From Lentibacter sp. (lineage in GTDB: Bacteria > Pseudomonadota > Alphaproteobacteria > Rhodobacterales > Rhodobacteraceae), in NCBI RefSeq assembly GCF_965658795.1, contig NZ_CBFHTG010000006.1, positions 60,403 to 124,402 of the forward strand: a DNA stretch of 64,000 bases. Direction: 5' to 3'. Shown here piece after piece: positions 24,232 to 32,273 of the stretch. Under the pieces are notes generated by a model. It made no database searches, was not told the DNA's origin, and was given only the letters and a program-made list of their open reading frames with translations. Position 1 is the first letter of the stretch. Each line of letters opens with the position of its first letter. The translations under genes were made by a program, and so were the position numbers.

Positions 24232-25529
24232 ACCTGCTCTACTCAAACGACCGCCAGGGTGCCTTCCCGCCCAGCTGGTATGCGGCCACCGCCCACGCGC
24301 GCACGCCTGCGCCCCAGCTGCGGGGTGAGTCGAGCGCCGATGTCTGCGTTGTCGGCGGCGGCTTCACGGGTCTCTCGGCCGCGCTCCATCTCGCCGAGCG
24401 CGGCTACTCCGTTGCGCTTATAGAGGCCCACCGCGCAGGCTTTGGCGCCTCAGGGCGCAATGGGGGCCAGCTTGGCACAGGCCAGAGGCAGGAGCAGACC
24501 GAGCTTGAAAAGCTCGTCGGCGATGACGATGCAATGAAGCTCTGGCAGCTTGCCGAAGAGGCCAAAGACCTCGTCAAAGATCTGATTGCAAAGCACAAAA
24601 TCGACTGTGATCTCAAGCCAGGCATCGCCCATGCCACCTTGCACGCCTCCGAGACAGCCCATGAGCACGCCTATGTCGAGCATCTGCACACGCGCTATGG
24701 CTACCGCGACATTACAGCTCTGACAGACACAGAGCTTCACGCAATATGCCCCTCCCCGCGCTACAAGGGCGGCTCGCTTGATATGGGGGCGGCCCACCTG
24801 CACCCGCTCAACTACGCCCTCGGCCTCGCGCGGGCCTGTGAAAAAGCGGGGGTGACCTTTTATGAAAACACCCATGTCCACCACATCCAAGAGGGCCCCA
24901 AAGTCGAGGTGCGCTGCGACACAGGCCGCGTGACGGCGGATCATGTGATCTTGGCAGCCAACGGCTACCTTGGCGGGCTCAACCGCCGCGTGGCAGGTCG
25001 GGTTATGCCCATCAACAATTTTATCGCCGCCACCGAGCCACTCGGGGCTGACGCCGCAGGCGTCCTCACCCGGGACATCGCCGTGGCCGATAGTAAATTT
25101 GTGGTCAATTACTTCCGCCTGAGTGCAGACAACCGGCTGCTCTTTGGCGGTGGCGAAAGCTACGGCTACCGCTTCCCCGACATTGATAAAACCGTGCGCA
25201 AGCCCATGGCCGAGATCTATCCGCACCTCAAAGATATCAAGTTTGACTACACGTGGGGCGGCACGCTCGCCATCACCATGCGACGCTTGCCCTATCTGGC
25301 CCGCGTGGGCACAAACATTCTCTCCGCCTCTGGCTACTCAGGTCATGGCGTGGGCACAGCCACCCATGCAGGCAAGCTCATGGCCGACACCATCGCGGGT
25401 CACTCCGAAGGCTTTGACACAATGGCGCGCATCCCCAACATTCCGTTCCCGGGCGGCCCCGCCCTGCGCACACCCCTGCTCACGCTCGCCATGACATGGT
25501 ACGCGCTGCGCGACCGCCTCGGCGTCTAA
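24228..25529 (+). CDS. FAD-dependent oxidoreductase (DAO family, PuuB-like gamma-glutamylamine oxidase)
   Basis: 433-aa ORF with the dinucleotide fold VCVVGGGFTGLSAALHLAERG. ATGA-type overlap with the upstream gene. Confidence 0.8.
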   Translation: MNLLYSNDRQGAFPPSWYAATAHARTPAPQLRGESSADVCVVGGGFTGLSAALHLAERGYSVALIEAHRAGFGASGRNGGQLGTGQRQEQTELEKLVGDDDAMKLWQLAEEAKDLVKDLIAKHKIDCDLKPGIAHATLHASETAHEHAYVEHLHTRYGYRDITALTDTELHAICPSPRYKGGSLDMGAAHLHPLNYALGLARACEKAGVTFYENTHVHHIQEGPKVEVRCDTGRVTADHVILAANGYLGGLNRRVAGRVMPINNFIAATEPLGADAAGVLTRDIAVADSKFVVNYFRLSADNRLLFGGGESYGYRFPDIDKTVRKPMAEIYPHLKDIKFDYTWGGTLAITMRRLPYLARVGTNILSASGYSGHGVGTATHAGKLMADTIAGHSEGFDTMARIPNIPFPGGPALRTPLLTLAMTWYALRDRLGV

Positions 25530-25549
25530 CGCGCAGCTCCTTTCTTTTT
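25505..25549 (+). terminator. Rho-independent terminator of the GS/oxidase operon
   Basis: GCTGCGCG (25505-12) pairs with CGCGCAGC (25530-37), followed by TCCTTTCTTTTTG. The U-tract is the 5' part of box copy 2. Confidence 0.65.
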
Positions 25550-25562
25550 GCCCCAAATATCC
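25540..25562 (+). repeat. 23-nt conserved intergenic box, copy 2: CTTTCTTTTTGCCCCAAATATCC
   Basis: See copy 1. It lies in the convergent spacer between the oxidase and SHMT-like genes. Confidence 0.7.
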
Positions 25563-25593
25563 CAGGGGGTGCGGGGGACTGGTCCCCTGCTGG

Positions 25594-25607
25594 GCGCGCG
25601 CGCGCGC
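25594..25607. repeat. (GC)7 alternating purine-pyrimidine tract
   Basis: GCGCGCGCGCGCGC read directly, 8 nt from the SHMT-like stop codon. Confidence 0.8.
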
Positions 25608-25614
25608 CACAAAG

Positions 25615-26943
25615 CTAGCCGTGTATGAAATGCACGCGGTCAAACTCTGGCCGCCAGGCGGCAACCTCGCGCGCCACGGCCTCAAGGTCATTGCCCGTCA
25701 ACCCGCGCGCAATAAGCCGCGCCAGCCTAGGCGCATCCGCCACAGTCATCCCCCAGCGGACAAGCTCGGGCGTGCCAATCCTGAGGCCGTTCATATCTCC
25801 CGCCACAGCCTCCACAGGCAGGCCGATGCCGCAGGCCAGAAAGCCCGCTTGCCTCAGCCGTTTGCTCGCCGCCTGCCCGCCGCCATAGGCTGCTGCCTTG
25901 ATGGCAAACTGGTGGCTCTGGGTCGCACCGTTCCTGCCCTCAAAGACAGGCAGCCCTTCGGCCTTCAGGCTCTCGGCCAGCGCTTGAGCCAGCGCAACCA
26001 TCTCTGCGGCGTAAGCCTGTCCAAAGTCGCGCCAGTCCAGCATCGTCACAGCCAGCGCCGCCGACTTGGCCGCATCAAAGTTCGCCGTCATTCCCGGGAA
26101 AGCAATCGCATCTAGCCGCTCGGCAAGGGCGGCATCGTTGCTCAAAATCAGCCCGCCCGCTGGCCCGCCCAGCGACTTATAGGTGCTCATCGTCATCAAA
26201 TGCGCGCCCTCACTCAAAGGGTTTTTCCACGCCTTGCCCGCAATGATCCCGCATTGATGCGCCGCATCAAACAGCAGCACCGCGCCCACCTCGTCGGCAA
26301 TGCCGCGCACCTCGGCCACAGGGTGCTCATACAAATTCAGGCTCCCCCCCAGCGAGATAAGCTTGGGCTTTTCCGCCAGTGCCAGCGCCCGCAGGCCCTC
26401 AATATCCACAGTGTAGCCATCAGCTGTCACAGGCGCATGGAGCACCCGCAGCCCGTAAAGCCCGGCACAGCCCGCCGCGTGGTGTGTGACATGCCCCCCT
26501 ATGCTGGCAGGCGGTGCAATAATCGTATCACCCGCCTTGCAGACCGTCATAAAGGCATAGAGGTTGGCTATCGCCCCCGAGGGCACGCGGATCTCGGCAT
26601 ATTTGGCCTCAAACACCTCAGCCGCCAGCGCAGCCGCGATCCCTTCGATCTCCTCAATCGCTTCAAGCCCCATCTCGTATTTGTCACCCGGATAGCCAAG
26701 TGACGGCCGCGAGCCGATCCCGCTGGCCAAAAGCGCCTCGGCGCGCGGGTTCATCACATTGGTCGCAGGGTTCAGGTTGAAGCACTCGCGCTCATGGATT
26801 TTCTTGTTCTCTGCTGCCAGCGCTTCAAGCCGCAAGAGCACATCTTCAGAGGCGCGCGCGCGCGTCTCGGCCGCATAGCCCATCACGAGGTTTTCACAGG
26901 CCTCAGGCACCCAGCTGCGTTTTTGCAATGTCATGTCATACAT
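25615..26943 (-). CDS. Serine hydroxymethyltransferase-like PLP enzyme (divergent GlyA-family paralog)
   Basis: 442-aa ORF with SHMT-like blocks (GYPGDKYEMG, GGHVTHH) and the PLP-Lys region STYKSLGGPAGG in place of the canonical TTHKTLRGPRGG. Confidence 0.7.
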   Translation of the reverse strand: MYDMTLQKRSWVPEACENLVMGYAAETRARASEDVLLRLEALAAENKKIHERECFNLNPATNVMNPRAEALLASGIGSRPSLGYPGDKYEMGLEAIEEIEGIAAALAAEVFEAKYAEIRVPSGAIANLYAFMTVCKAGDTIIAPPASIGGHVTHHAAGCAGLYGLRVLHAPVTADGYTVDIEGLRALALAEKPKLISLGGSLNLYEHPVAEVRGIADEVGAVLLFDAAHQCGIIAGKAWKNPLSEGAHLMTMSTYKSLGGPAGGLILSNDAALAERLDAIAFPGMTANFDAAKSAALAVTMLDWRDFGQAYAAEMVALAQALAESLKAEGLPVFEGRNGATQSHQFAIKAAAYGGGQAASKRLRQAGFLACGIGLPVEAVAGDMNGLRIGTPELVRWGMTVADAPRLARLIARGLTGNDLEAVAREVAAWRPEFDRVHFIHG

Positions 26944-27012
26944 CCTTTCGCTTTTTCCAAAGACTGGGCCAGAAACAGCCTTGCCGCAAACCAGAACGGC
27001 GCTATCGTGAGT

Positions 27013-27025
27013 TTAGAAAAACTAA
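27013..27025. promoter_or_regulatory. LysR-type T-N11-A dyad TTAGAAAAACTAA
   Basis: TTAG/CTAA inverted arms in the 105-nt divergent spacer between the SHMT-like and LysR genes. Confidence 0.4.
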
Positions 27026-27048
27026 GGGTAGTTTTGGAAAGGTGCGCC

Positions 27049-27912
27049 ATGCCCGTTGCTCCGCCGCGCCCCAAAGGGCCACCGCTCAACGCCCTGCGCG
27101 CCTTTGAGGCCGCAGCACGCCTTGGCAGCTTTGCCAGCGCCGCTGACGAGCTCTCCGTCACCGCAGGCGCGATCTCTCAACAGATCAAGCAGATCGAGGC
27201 TTGGGCAGGCACCGCGCTGTTCTTGCGCCGTGCTCAAGGCGTGGCGCTCACACCCTCAGGCCAGCAGCTTCTCGCGCCCCTCACACGCGCCTTTGACAGC
27301 CTCTCCGAGGCCACCACCGTTCTGCGCAGCCTCGCGCCCAAACCTGTGCTCAACATCGCGACCCTGCCCAGCATTGCCCAGCTTTGGCTCCAGCCCCGCC
27401 TGGCTGACATCCGCGCGCATCTGTCGGGGGCAAGCCTGTCTGTCTATGCGCTGGAAACCCCACCAGACATGCGCCGCGCGCCGTTTGATTGCAGTCTGTT
27501 CATCCGCAAACCAACCGGCGCCCCCTCTGAAACCGTGCTGATGGACGATAGCCTCCTGCCTGTCTGCGCGCCCGCTGTGGCTACGCGCCTCACAGAGTTG
27601 AGCGACCTTGCAGGCGAAACCCTGCTCTATGACGAAAGCTGGCAGGACGACTGGCCGCTTTGGGCCAAGGCCCAAGGCCTCGCGCTGCGCGCCGATCAAA
27701 GCCATGCGCGCTATTCGCTTTATGCGCTGGCCGTGGCCGATGCCAAGGCAGGGTTCGGGGTCTTGATGGGGCACAGGCCGCTCGTGGCCGAAGCGCTCGA
27801 AAAGGGGGACCTTGTTGCGCCCTTTGATAGGCCTGTTGCCAATGGCAAAGCGCTTGTGCTCGAGCTGGGCGGCACCGCCGAGACCAGCCTTGTTGCGCTG
27901 CTCGGGCGCTAG
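27049..27912 (+). CDS. LysR-family transcriptional regulator (GcvA-like)
   Basis: ORF 26794..27912 trimmed to MPVAPPRPKGPPLNALRAFEAAARLGSFASAADELSVTAGAISQQIKQIE, the wHTH of the GcvA subgroup. Confidence 0.85.
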   Translation: MPVAPPRPKGPPLNALRAFEAAARLGSFASAADELSVTAGAISQQIKQIEAWAGTALFLRRAQGVALTPSGQQLLAPLTRAFDSLSEATTVLRSLAPKPVLNIATLPSIAQLWLQPRLADIRAHLSGASLSVYALETPPDMRRAPFDCSLFIRKPTGAPSETVLMDDSLLPVCAPAVATRLTELSDLAGETLLYDESWQDDWPLWAKAQGLALRADQSHARYSLYALAVADAKAGFGVLMGHRPLVAEALEKGDLVAPFDRPVANGKALVLELGGTAETSLVALLGR

Positions 27913-28388
27913 CTGGCGGGGGGGCTTGCCGCGCTCTCGGCCTTTTTCTCCCAGCGCCCGCTTTCCTCGCTCCAGTATTCGGCAGCAACACCAGCCGCCG
28001 TCAGCGCTTTCCACTGCTGGCGCGCTTGCGCCACGGCCTCGTCCTCATAGCCATTGAAGACAAGGCACACCCGCTCAAGTGCGGTCACGTCTTCCGCGCT
28101 CACGCTGGCCCCGTCAATTGCCATCAGGCACGTGGCCCCGTTGGGCATGTCGCGGGCATCGGTGAGCAGCACAGGCTGGAGCGCATCATGCGCCCCCCCT
28201 GCAAGCCCATGGGGCAAAAAGCTGTCGGGCTTGCCCGCCCAGAGCCGCTCATCCAGCCACGCAAGCCGCCCCTGCTCGGCCCCGCGCACAGCCACCTTCC
28301 AGCCACGGCTCAGCGATGCCTCCAAAAGCTGGGGCAACGCCTGCTCAAGCGGGCGGCGCGTCAGGTGGTAAAACATCGCCTTGCCCAT
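27909..28388 (-). CDS. holC: DNA polymerase III subunit chi
   Basis: 159-aa ORF (MGKAMFYHLTRRPLEQALPQLLEASLSRGWKVAVR) directly downstream of pepA, the conserved arrangement. Confidence 0.85.
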   Translation of the reverse strand: MGKAMFYHLTRRPLEQALPQLLEASLSRGWKVAVRGAEQGRLAWLDERLWAGKPDSFLPHGLAGGAHDALQPVLLTDARDMPNGATCLMAIDGASVSAEDVTALERVCLVFNGYEDEAVAQARQQWKALTAAGVAAEYWSEESGRWEKKAESAASPPAS

Positions 28389-28391
28389 AGA

Positions 28392-29861
28392 TCAGGCCTC
28401 GTACTGATCAGCAACAAAGCGGTTGAGCGCCATAACACCCCAGCCCGTCGCGCCTGCACCTGCATAGGCTGTCTCGGCCTTCACGCTCGCGGTGCCCGCA
28501 ATATCAAGGTGGATCCACGGCTGGCCCTCTTGCACAAACCGCTGCAGGAACTGCGCCGCCGTGACAGACCCTGCCGCGCGCTGGCCCACGTTGCGCATAT
28601 CGGCAATGCGGCTCTTGAGCATATCGTCATAAGCCTGCGCCAGCGGCAGACGCCAAGCGCCCTCGCCTTCGGCTGCGGCAGCTTTCATGAAGCTTTGGCA
28701 GAAGGCATCATCATTGGAGAAAACCCCCGTATTCTCATGGCCCAGCGCAATGATCACAGCGCCCGTCAGCGTGGCCAAGTCGATCATACCCGCAGGCTTG
28801 TAGGTTTCTTGCGCATACCACATCACATCACACAGCACGAGGCGGCCTTCGGCATCCGTGTTGATCACCTCGATGGTGTCACCCTTCATGGATTTCACCA
28901 CATCGCCGGGCCGTGTGGCGCGGTCGGAGGGCATATTCTCAACCAGCCCGACAAGGCCGATCACATTGGCCTTGGCCTTGCGCTCGGCCAGCGCCTGCAT
29001 CGCGCCTGCCACCGTGCCTGCGCCGCCCATATCCATGGTCATATCTTCCATACCAGCCGCAGGCTTGAGGCTGATACCGCCTGTGTCAAAGACAACACCT
29101 TTGCCCACCAGTGCGAGCGGCGCCGCACCTGCTTCCCCGCCAAGCCACTCCATGACCACCACTTTAGAGGGGCTGGCACTGCCGTGCCCGACGCTCAAAA
29201 GCGAATGCATCCCGAGCTTGGCCAGCTCGTCTTCTTCCATCACCTTGACCTTGAGACCCAGTTTTTCCAACGCAACCAGACGGTTGGCAAATTCTGTTGT
29301 GGTCAGATGGTTTGCAGGTTCGTTCACAAGATCCCGGGTAAAATGCACACCGCGCGCCACGGCCAACGGGTCGGCCGAGGCGTCTTTCAGCTCGCCCGGC
29401 TTGGGGCACATCACGGTGATTGCGCCATCTGCCGTCTGCTCGGCGGTCTTGTGGGGGGTAAACTCATAGATCCGCAGCGCCAGCCCCATAACAAGCTCTT
29501 GCGCGCGCGGCATCGCCCCAAGGCAGAGCGTGAGCGCCGCCTTGCCTTTGACCTTGGCCAAAGAGACACCCGCTTTGCGCGCCATATCGGCCTTGGCCGT
29601 GCGTGCAAGCTTCACCACATCAACAGCCTCTGCCGCCATACCCGAGGGGTACCCCAGCGTGATCACGTCACCCTCTTTGGCCTTTTCAAAGCGCTCGCTC
29701 TCGACCAGCCGCTTGAGCGCCCCTTTGGTGAGCCGCGCCACACGGCGGCCGGCCTTGTCGAGCGTGGCATCTGGCCCCGCCACAAGCGCAACCCGCCCCG
29801 TGACTGCGCCCAATGCGTCCAGATCAAGGTCTTTAAAGTCAAATGCAACAAGCTCGGCCAT
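28392..29861 (-). CDS. pepA: Leucyl aminopeptidase (M17)
   Basis: 489-aa ORF with the NTDAEGRL motif and M17 metal ligand blocks (VGKGVVFDTGG). Confidence 0.9.
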   Translation of the reverse strand: MAELVAFDFKDLDLDALGAVTGRVALVAGPDATLDKAGRRVARLTKGALKRLVESERFEKAKEGDVITLGYPSGMAAEAVDVVKLARTAKADMARKAGVSLAKVKGKAALTLCLGAMPRAQELVMGLALRIYEFTPHKTAEQTADGAITVMCPKPGELKDASADPLAVARGVHFTRDLVNEPANHLTTTEFANRLVALEKLGLKVKVMEEDELAKLGMHSLLSVGHGSASPSKVVVMEWLGGEAGAAPLALVGKGVVFDTGGISLKPAAGMEDMTMDMGGAGTVAGAMQALAERKAKANVIGLVGLVENMPSDRATRPGDVVKSMKGDTIEVINTDAEGRLVLCDVMWYAQETYKPAGMIDLATLTGAVIIALGHENTGVFSNDDAFCQSFMKAAAAEGEGAWRLPLAQAYDDMLKSRIADMRNVGQRAAGSVTAAQFLQRFVQEGQPWIHLDIAGTASVKAETAYAGAGATGWGVMALNRFVADQYEA

Positions 29862-30042
29862 GGTTTTCTCCCTGAGGTTTGCCCAAGTGGTAGCGCGCCT
29901 CGCGGCCCTTGGCCAGAGCTTGGCACATAGGTTTTTGAGCAGGCTTTGGCCCGCCGTGCCCCACGCACTGCTTTAACAGTTTACCCTCCCCCGCGACATC
30001 TAGTAGTGTCGCCCCATTGTAGCACCATCCGAGGGGGATACC

Positions 30043-31179
30043 GTGGCCAGATTCGACCGCTATATGCTGTCGCAGCTTATGGTCCTGTTTGGCTTTTTTT
30101 CGCTGGTTCTGGTGGCTGTCTACTGGATCAACCGCGCCGTCAAACTGTTCGATAGGCTGATAGGTGACGGGCAGACCGCTATGGTCTTTGCCGAATTCAC
30201 AGCGCTCACGCTGCCCTCGGTTATTCGCGTTGTCATGCCCATCGCAGGGTTTGCGGCCACGCTCTATGTCACCAACCGCCTGAGCACCGAAAGCGAGCTG
30301 ACGGTTATGCAATCCACAGGCTTCTCGCCGTGGCGGCTGGCGCGGCCTGTGCTTTATTTCGGGCTGATCGTCGCGCTGATGCTGAGTATGCTCACCCACT
30401 TTCTTGTGCCCGGCTCGCTCAAGCAGCTGCAGCTGCGCGAAACCGAGATCTCCCAAAACATCACCGCGCGCCTGCTCACCGAGGGCACCTTTCTGCACCC
30501 GAGTGATCGCGTCACATTCTACATTCGCGAGATCACCCCGGAGGGGCGCATGAACGATGTCTTTCTGTCAGATAGGCGCGACCCGTCTGAAAGCATCACC
30601 TACACAGCCGCCTCCGCCTATCTCGTGCGCCAGGAGAGCGGCCCGTCACTCGTCATGATTGACGGGCTGACACAGCGCCTGTCGCGGCCAGAGAACCAGC
30701 TCACCACCACACATTTTGCTGATTTGTCCTACAATATTGGCGGCTTTCTCTCAGCCGATGAAGCGCGCAAGCCCCAGCTACGCCACTTCACAACCTACGA
30801 GATGCTGACAACCCCTGTGCACATTCAGGTGCGCACAGGCGTCACCGCAGGTGTCTTTGCCGAAGAGCTTCACACCCGCTTCGTGCAGCCGCTCTTTGCG
30901 CTCGCCGCGGTTCTTCTGGGCTTTGCCACGCTCCTGTCAGGCGGGTTCTCGCGCTTTGGTGTCTGGCGGCAGATCGTTCTGGCCCTGTTGCTTCTCGTGC
31001 TCATCAAGGCGCTTGAAGGCGTGGTCACAGACCCTGTGCTGGCCAGCCCCTCGCTCTGGCCCCTGCTCTACGTGCCGTCAGGCTTGGGCTTGCTGATCGC
31101 GGCCCTTTTGCTCGCGCGCACCGCAGGCCAGCTGCCATCGCGCCGCGCCATGCAGCGTAAAAAGGCGGCGCTGTCATGA
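30043..31179 (+). CDS. lptF: LPS export ABC transporter permease LptF
   Basis: 378-aa ORF (GTG start, MARFDRYMLSQL...) with 6 TM segments, followed by lptG. Confidence 0.85.
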   Translation: MARFDRYMLSQLMVLFGFFSLVLVAVYWINRAVKLFDRLIGDGQTAMVFAEFTALTLPSVIRVVMPIAGFAATLYVTNRLSTESELTVMQSTGFSPWRLARPVLYFGLIVALMLSMLTHFLVPGSLKQLQLRETEISQNITARLLTEGTFLHPSDRVTFYIREITPEGRMNDVFLSDRRDPSESITYTAASAYLVRQESGPSLVMIDGLTQRLSRPENQLTTTHFADLSYNIGGFLSADEARKPQLRHFTTYEMLTTPVHIQVRTGVTAGVFAEELHTRFVQPLFALAAVLLGFATLLSGGFSRFGVWRQIVLALLLLVLIKALEGVVTDPVLASPSLWPLLYVPSGLGLLIAALLLARTAGQLPSRRAMQRKKAALS

Positions 31180-32273
31180 AGCTGCACCTTTATTTCATAC
31201 GCAAGTTTGTGGTGCTGTTTTTCGGGCTGCTTGCGCTGTTCTTTTTGTTTCAGGCCCTGATTGATCTCATCGAAACGGTGCGCCGCTTTCAAGGGATCGA
31301 CGCAAGCTTCTGGGCGCTGGTCGGGTTGACCCTGCTCAATGTGCCCCAAGGGCTCTACCAGATCTTGCCACTGGTGATGATCCTCTCGGCCATCAGCCTG
31401 TTTCTGGGCCTTGCGCGCAGCTCCGAGCTGGTTGTCGTGCGCGCCACGGGGCGTTCAGGGCTGCGTGCGCTCATCGCCCCGGCTGTCGTGGCGTTCCTCA
31501 TCGGTGCCATGCTTGTCGCGGTCTTCAACCCGATCGTTGCCGCCACCAGCAAGCGCTACAGCGATATGACCCAAGAGCTGCGCGACGGCTCTGCCGATGT
31601 GCTCTCGCTCTCGGCCGAAGGCCTGTGGCTGCGCCAAGGCGGTGCCGAGGGCCAAACCGTTATTCGCGCAGCCTCCGCCAACCCCGACGCCACCGTGCTC
31701 TATGACGTAACCTTTCTCTCCTATGCCCCCAGCGGTGGCCCGCTCAAGCGCATCGAAGCCGCAGAAGCGCGCCTCGTGCCGGGCGCATGGGAGCTGACAC
31801 AGGCCATCGTCTGGCCCCTTGCCTCGGGTCTCAACCCTGAAGGCAACGTGGCCCGCCACCTGACCTTGCGGGTCTCCTCCACGCTGACGCAAGAGCGCAT
31901 CCTTGAAAGCTTCGGGGCGCCCAATGCCATCTCGATTTGGGATCTGCCCGCCTATATCAACCAGCTCGAGCAAGCAGGCTTCTCCACGCGGCGGCATGCT
32001 GTCTGGCTCCAGATGGAGCTGGCCCAGCCCTTCTTCTTGCTGGCGATGGTGCTTGTCGGCGCGGCCTTCACCATGCGCCACGCCCGCAGCGGTGGCACAG
32101 GCGTGGCGGTTCTGGCCTCTGTACTCTTGGGGTTCGGGCTTTACTACATCCGCAATTTCGCTCAGGTTCTTGGCGAAAACGGGCAAATTCCTGTTCTTTT
32201 GGCCGCTTGGGCCCCACCTGCTGCATCCATCCTCTTGGCCTTGGGCCTGCTCTTGCATATGGAGGACGGATGA
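31176..32273 (+). CDS. lptG: LPS export ABC transporter permease LptG
   Basis: 365-aa ORF of the YjgP/YjgQ family. 4-nt overlap with lptF. Confidence 0.85.
   Translation: MKLHLYFIRKFVVLFFGLLALFFLFQALIDLIETVRRFQGIDASFWALVGLTLLNVPQGLYQILPLVMILSAISLFLGLARSSELVVVRATGRSGLRALIAPAVVAFLIGAMLVAVFNPIVAATSKRYSDMTQELRDGSADVLSLSAEGLWLRQGGAEGQTVIRAASANPDATVLYDVTFLSYAPSGGPLKRIEAAEARLVPGAWELTQAIVWPLASGLNPEGNVARHLTLRVSSTLTQERILESFGAPNAISIWDLPAYINQLEQAGFSTRRHAVWLQMELAQPFFLLAMVLVGAAFTMRHARSGGTGVAVLASVLLGFGLYYIRNFAQVLGENGQIPVLLAAWAPPAASILLALGLLLHMEDG

Noticed and set aside
25594-25607. Whether the (GC)7 tract, or any other repeat in the window, is part of a CRISPR array.
   Set aside because: It is a single 14-nt dinucleotide run with no spacer/repeat periodicity. 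No cas genes are present anywhere in the window.
26951-27041. An 8-nt inverted repeat TTTCCAAA / TTTGGAAA at the two ends of the SHMT-like/LysR divergent spacer.
   Set aside because: Each arm is simply the purine-rich Shine-Dalgarno region (GGAAAGG / AAAGGA) of the gene on its own strand. A distance of about 80 nt is too long for a single operator.
27909-27912. Convergent genes sharing or abutting stop codons: CTAG for LysR/holC here, plus 47868-47871 for GNAT/DMT and 62926-62931 for YeeE/DUF1223.
   Set aside because: The observation is real, but it is a common consequence of compact genomes. It gives no sign of a functional element beyond the lack of terminators.
28026-29930. A 634-aa ORF on the plus strand, together with similar long ORFs at 5953-7065, 8838-9920, 9280-10401, 14025-15095, 41944-43149 and 52809-54401.
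   Set aside because: All are antisense to, or frame-shifted over, genes with clear family motifs (pepA, capsid/protease, terminase, purA, M20D, monooxygenase/dksA). Their translations are Arg/Ala/Pro/Gly/His-rich low-complexity strings, typical of stop-poor alternative frames in high-GC DNA.
31937-32269. N-terminal extensions of ORF-track entries: lptD here, and also 22582-22869, 26794-27048, 35228-35632, 47221-47424, 51064-51288 and 1480-2205 beyond 2112.
   Set aside because: The extensions overlap the upstream gene and are compositionally non-protein-like. Each has an internal start that yields the canonical family N-terminus or signal peptide, often with an ATGA stop/start overlap.
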